Source: Amphiscolops sp. MND2022
Lineage: Eukaryota
Assembly: GCA_964187785.1 (NCBI GenBank)
Contig: OZ076413.1
Span: 45,634,001-45,698,000, forward strand
Direction of reading: 5' to 3'
DNA: 64,000 nt
Part shown: piece after piece, positions 61,336 to 64,000 of the stretch
Layout of the letters: each line of letters begins with the position of its first letter
Position numbering within the stretch: position 1 is the stretch's first letter
Notes under the pieces: generated by a model
What the model was told of the DNA's origin: nothing
The model's database searches: none
The model's input: the letters and a program-made list of their open reading frames with translations, nothing else
Translations under genes and position numbers: made by a program

Positions 61336-64000
61336 AAAGATTAATTTTTCTAAACAACTATTTTAAGATCATATTTCAGTTTTCGAGAGGCGGATATTTT
61401 GTCGCTAGAATTTTCGTTGTTTAAGCAAATCCAAAAATTTTGTCGTCAAAAAAATAGTTGTCAAAAATTTAATCGTATTGATTAGAATCAACAGCGTTCG
61501 CGAAAAGATACCATTGTAATACCTATGAGATCTTCAAAACGATTTGAAGTTAGAAACCAAATTGAATCAAAAAGTTAATTGTATTCAATCAACTCATCAA
61601 GACGCTTTGTAACGGACTCCTGTAACCACCCACAAATTTCGAACATCTGAAAAACTCATTCAAGGTGATTTTGGCTTACGATAGAACATGTTAAAGTACC
61701 TGTCAGAAGTGTGAACGAACACGAAAGAAGCTGCCACTGGAACGAGCGAACGACGAAAAAAGAGCGGAAAGTACCAGAAAAAGAGCCAAAACCCGAAGGA
61801 AAATTGTACGCCCGCGCCTTACCAGATATGGACTCCTTTAGTTCTTTGCAACAATAGGATGTCGTCTGAGTAAGCGTTGCTCCAGCAGTGTCCAATGTGT
61901 GCCCCATCTCGCTGGCTGGATACACGGTCGCGAATGAACTTCCTATCTTCCTATTTTTTACTGTTTTTTGTGACATTTTGATTACATTTGTAAGCTCGAG
62001 AGCTGCATTGTTGGAAGATTACTTTCCTCACTATACTTGTTAAAATTCATCGGTGTTTCTGCATGCTGTTTCAATGACGAATTAAGCGGTGGTCCTAAGG
62101 ACGTGAATAGCTGGATACCTCGAGTCCTGTACCTCTTGTAGGCAAATGGACTAGTATGTCAGTCCTGGACGCTACGGTTCTGTACTAGTTTCTCTGCTTC
62201 GTTATTTAGAAGCGTCCGACTCTTTCGTTACAATTTTTGAGCAATGGGATGTTATCAGTCCTGAACTACTTCGCCAAAAAACTTTCAATTTGTTTCAAAA
62301 ACTGCTCAAAAACTTGAATGTGTTGAAATAATGTGTTATAAAACCTGTGATAATGAATAACTTTCAATGAGAAGTTAAAATGTTGATATCGAAACGTTTT
62401 CTCTCGAAATCAAAATAAAAAGTAGCAGTGATTGCAATTTTTGCAAAAGACAGATGATTATCAAGATAAGTAGACTGAATTTTAATGGACGATTCCTAAT
62501 ATGTATGCTAAAATACGACAGCGTTTCATAGAGCGTAATTGTCGACAACGAACTTTCGGAGGACGAACTTTCTGATGAAAAAAATTCCGACGACGAAAAT
62601 CTGACCACGATGTTTCAGACAGCGAAATTTTTGTTGACGAAATTTCTGGTACTCCAATTCACAATTCATAAACCAAAAATTCAGGTCAAAAAACATGCCG
62701 GTGCACATTGAACGCATTGTTCTTGGGCAACGTGTTGCAGGGATTTGTCTCCCGGAAACACGCACTGAAGCTGGAGTTCGAAAACAAGGATATTAGATCT
62801 TTTCCAATGCTTTCTTACTCGCTGCTTTTCGATTTTTTTTCCATATTTGTTTCTAGTTGGAAATGAAAAAAGAAACGCCGCTGTTTTGAAATTCTGCTCC
62901 CTTCTAAGATAAAGAAGATGAAAATGAAAACCTACCATGATGATGAAGTGATCACATATCAAAGAGTGTGAGCGCGTTCTACGCACTGCAAGCTACAGAG
63001 TCTGTTTATTGTCAATAATGATGTCAAGTCTAAATCTCTAAATCTGCTATGCTAAAGTCGTCTAAGTCATTATCATAGTCTCCTAAATTATGCAATTGCC
63101 ATTATCTACTTTCACATGCCGATAATGCCCCAAATGCGAAACGAAGTGCCACTACTAGTCCAGCGGCTGGTTTTAACGAAGGCTGACCTGGAGGGACGAG
63201 TCATACTACCAATGATTTGATTCCGATTTTCTACAAAATGTCAACTGAGGAAATTTTAACTTTTTAAGTTGAAGATTATTTTGACATGCAACCGTTAAAA
63301 ACGGTCCTCTAAGAAGCAAAGATAGCTGGAGTACTTACGAAATGGGTAGCTGTATAAGATTGCTCTGTAAAATAATATAAAACTCTTGTAAAATAAAAGG
63401 ATGCAGGTGAATGTAGTAACCAAGCAAACTGAAGCTTTTGAGAAAGACAGGCTAACATTTCTTTCTTCAAGCCTTGTTAATTAGTGGATGAGTTTTTGCT
63501 GTTTGCAGCCACATTCGTTGGGCAACGTTTTTGCAACGGTAGAGGAAAAAATGGGCTGAAAAAGCTGAATTTTACTCGCCTACAGAGTGGTTCGTTCAGC
63601 GTTCTCTTTGTTTGTTCAATATGAACGCCCCTTCAAGTATTATAGAAAATGATTTTACTTGTTATAATTTATCTATTCAAGGACAAATGTTTTATGTTTG
63701 TTTTATATGTTTGCTTTTACTCAGCACTTCGTGGAAAAAAAACGAGACTTTTACAATGACTAGTTTTTTTTCTACAGCCTCACACAAATATGTCTTCATT
63801 TTTGTTCAATTGAATCATATTTGTTAATATCGTGCCGGGGCAAATTTTTTTTTCCTTTCTGAAATTAAGTTTTTTAAAGTCATTCACGGACTAGCCTCTT
63901 TCTAGACTGCACTGTATGCAATAAAAGATGCACGACTATAAAAGTACAGTGGCGAGTGTTTATCTTTGTTTTCAGTTCACAGACCTCACACTTGATAGTT

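Noticed and set aside
62500..62790. Acidic plus Cys-containing stretch, possibly a DNA-transposon remnant
   Set aside because: No TIRs, TSD or diagnostic motif could be supported

Overview
AT-rich, repeat-dense eukaryotic (animal-type) DNA made mostly of decayed, nested transposable elements; the organism cannot be identified from the sequence alone. It contains: (i) a ~5.1 kb head-to-tail duplication (550-5652 / 5657-10773) carrying the 5' part of a decayed Bel/Pao element, whose integrase is split by a ~2.1 kb LTR-like insert; (ii) CRE-type and CR1/L2-group LINE fragments, an internally deleted hAT element, and five copies of a Helentron-type (HINE/DINE-like) non-autonomous element, one enclosing a ~330 bp near-perfect palindrome; (iii) a structurally complete Bel/Pao element (25707-32713, minus) with an extra SGNH-hydrolase-like ORF upstream of gag; (iv) a ~15.4 kb Ty3/Gypsy element (36168-51567) whose ~1.3-1.4 kb LTRs encode the start of Gag and whose ~6 kb cargo holds antisense, intron-containing genes, one resembling a catalytically dead hAT transposase, plus a divergent sense ORF (best candidate for an undescribed system); (v) minus-strand host exons encoding F-type-lectin-like domains, with a 30-nt intron. 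All protein-family calls come from motifs read by eye; no searches were run.
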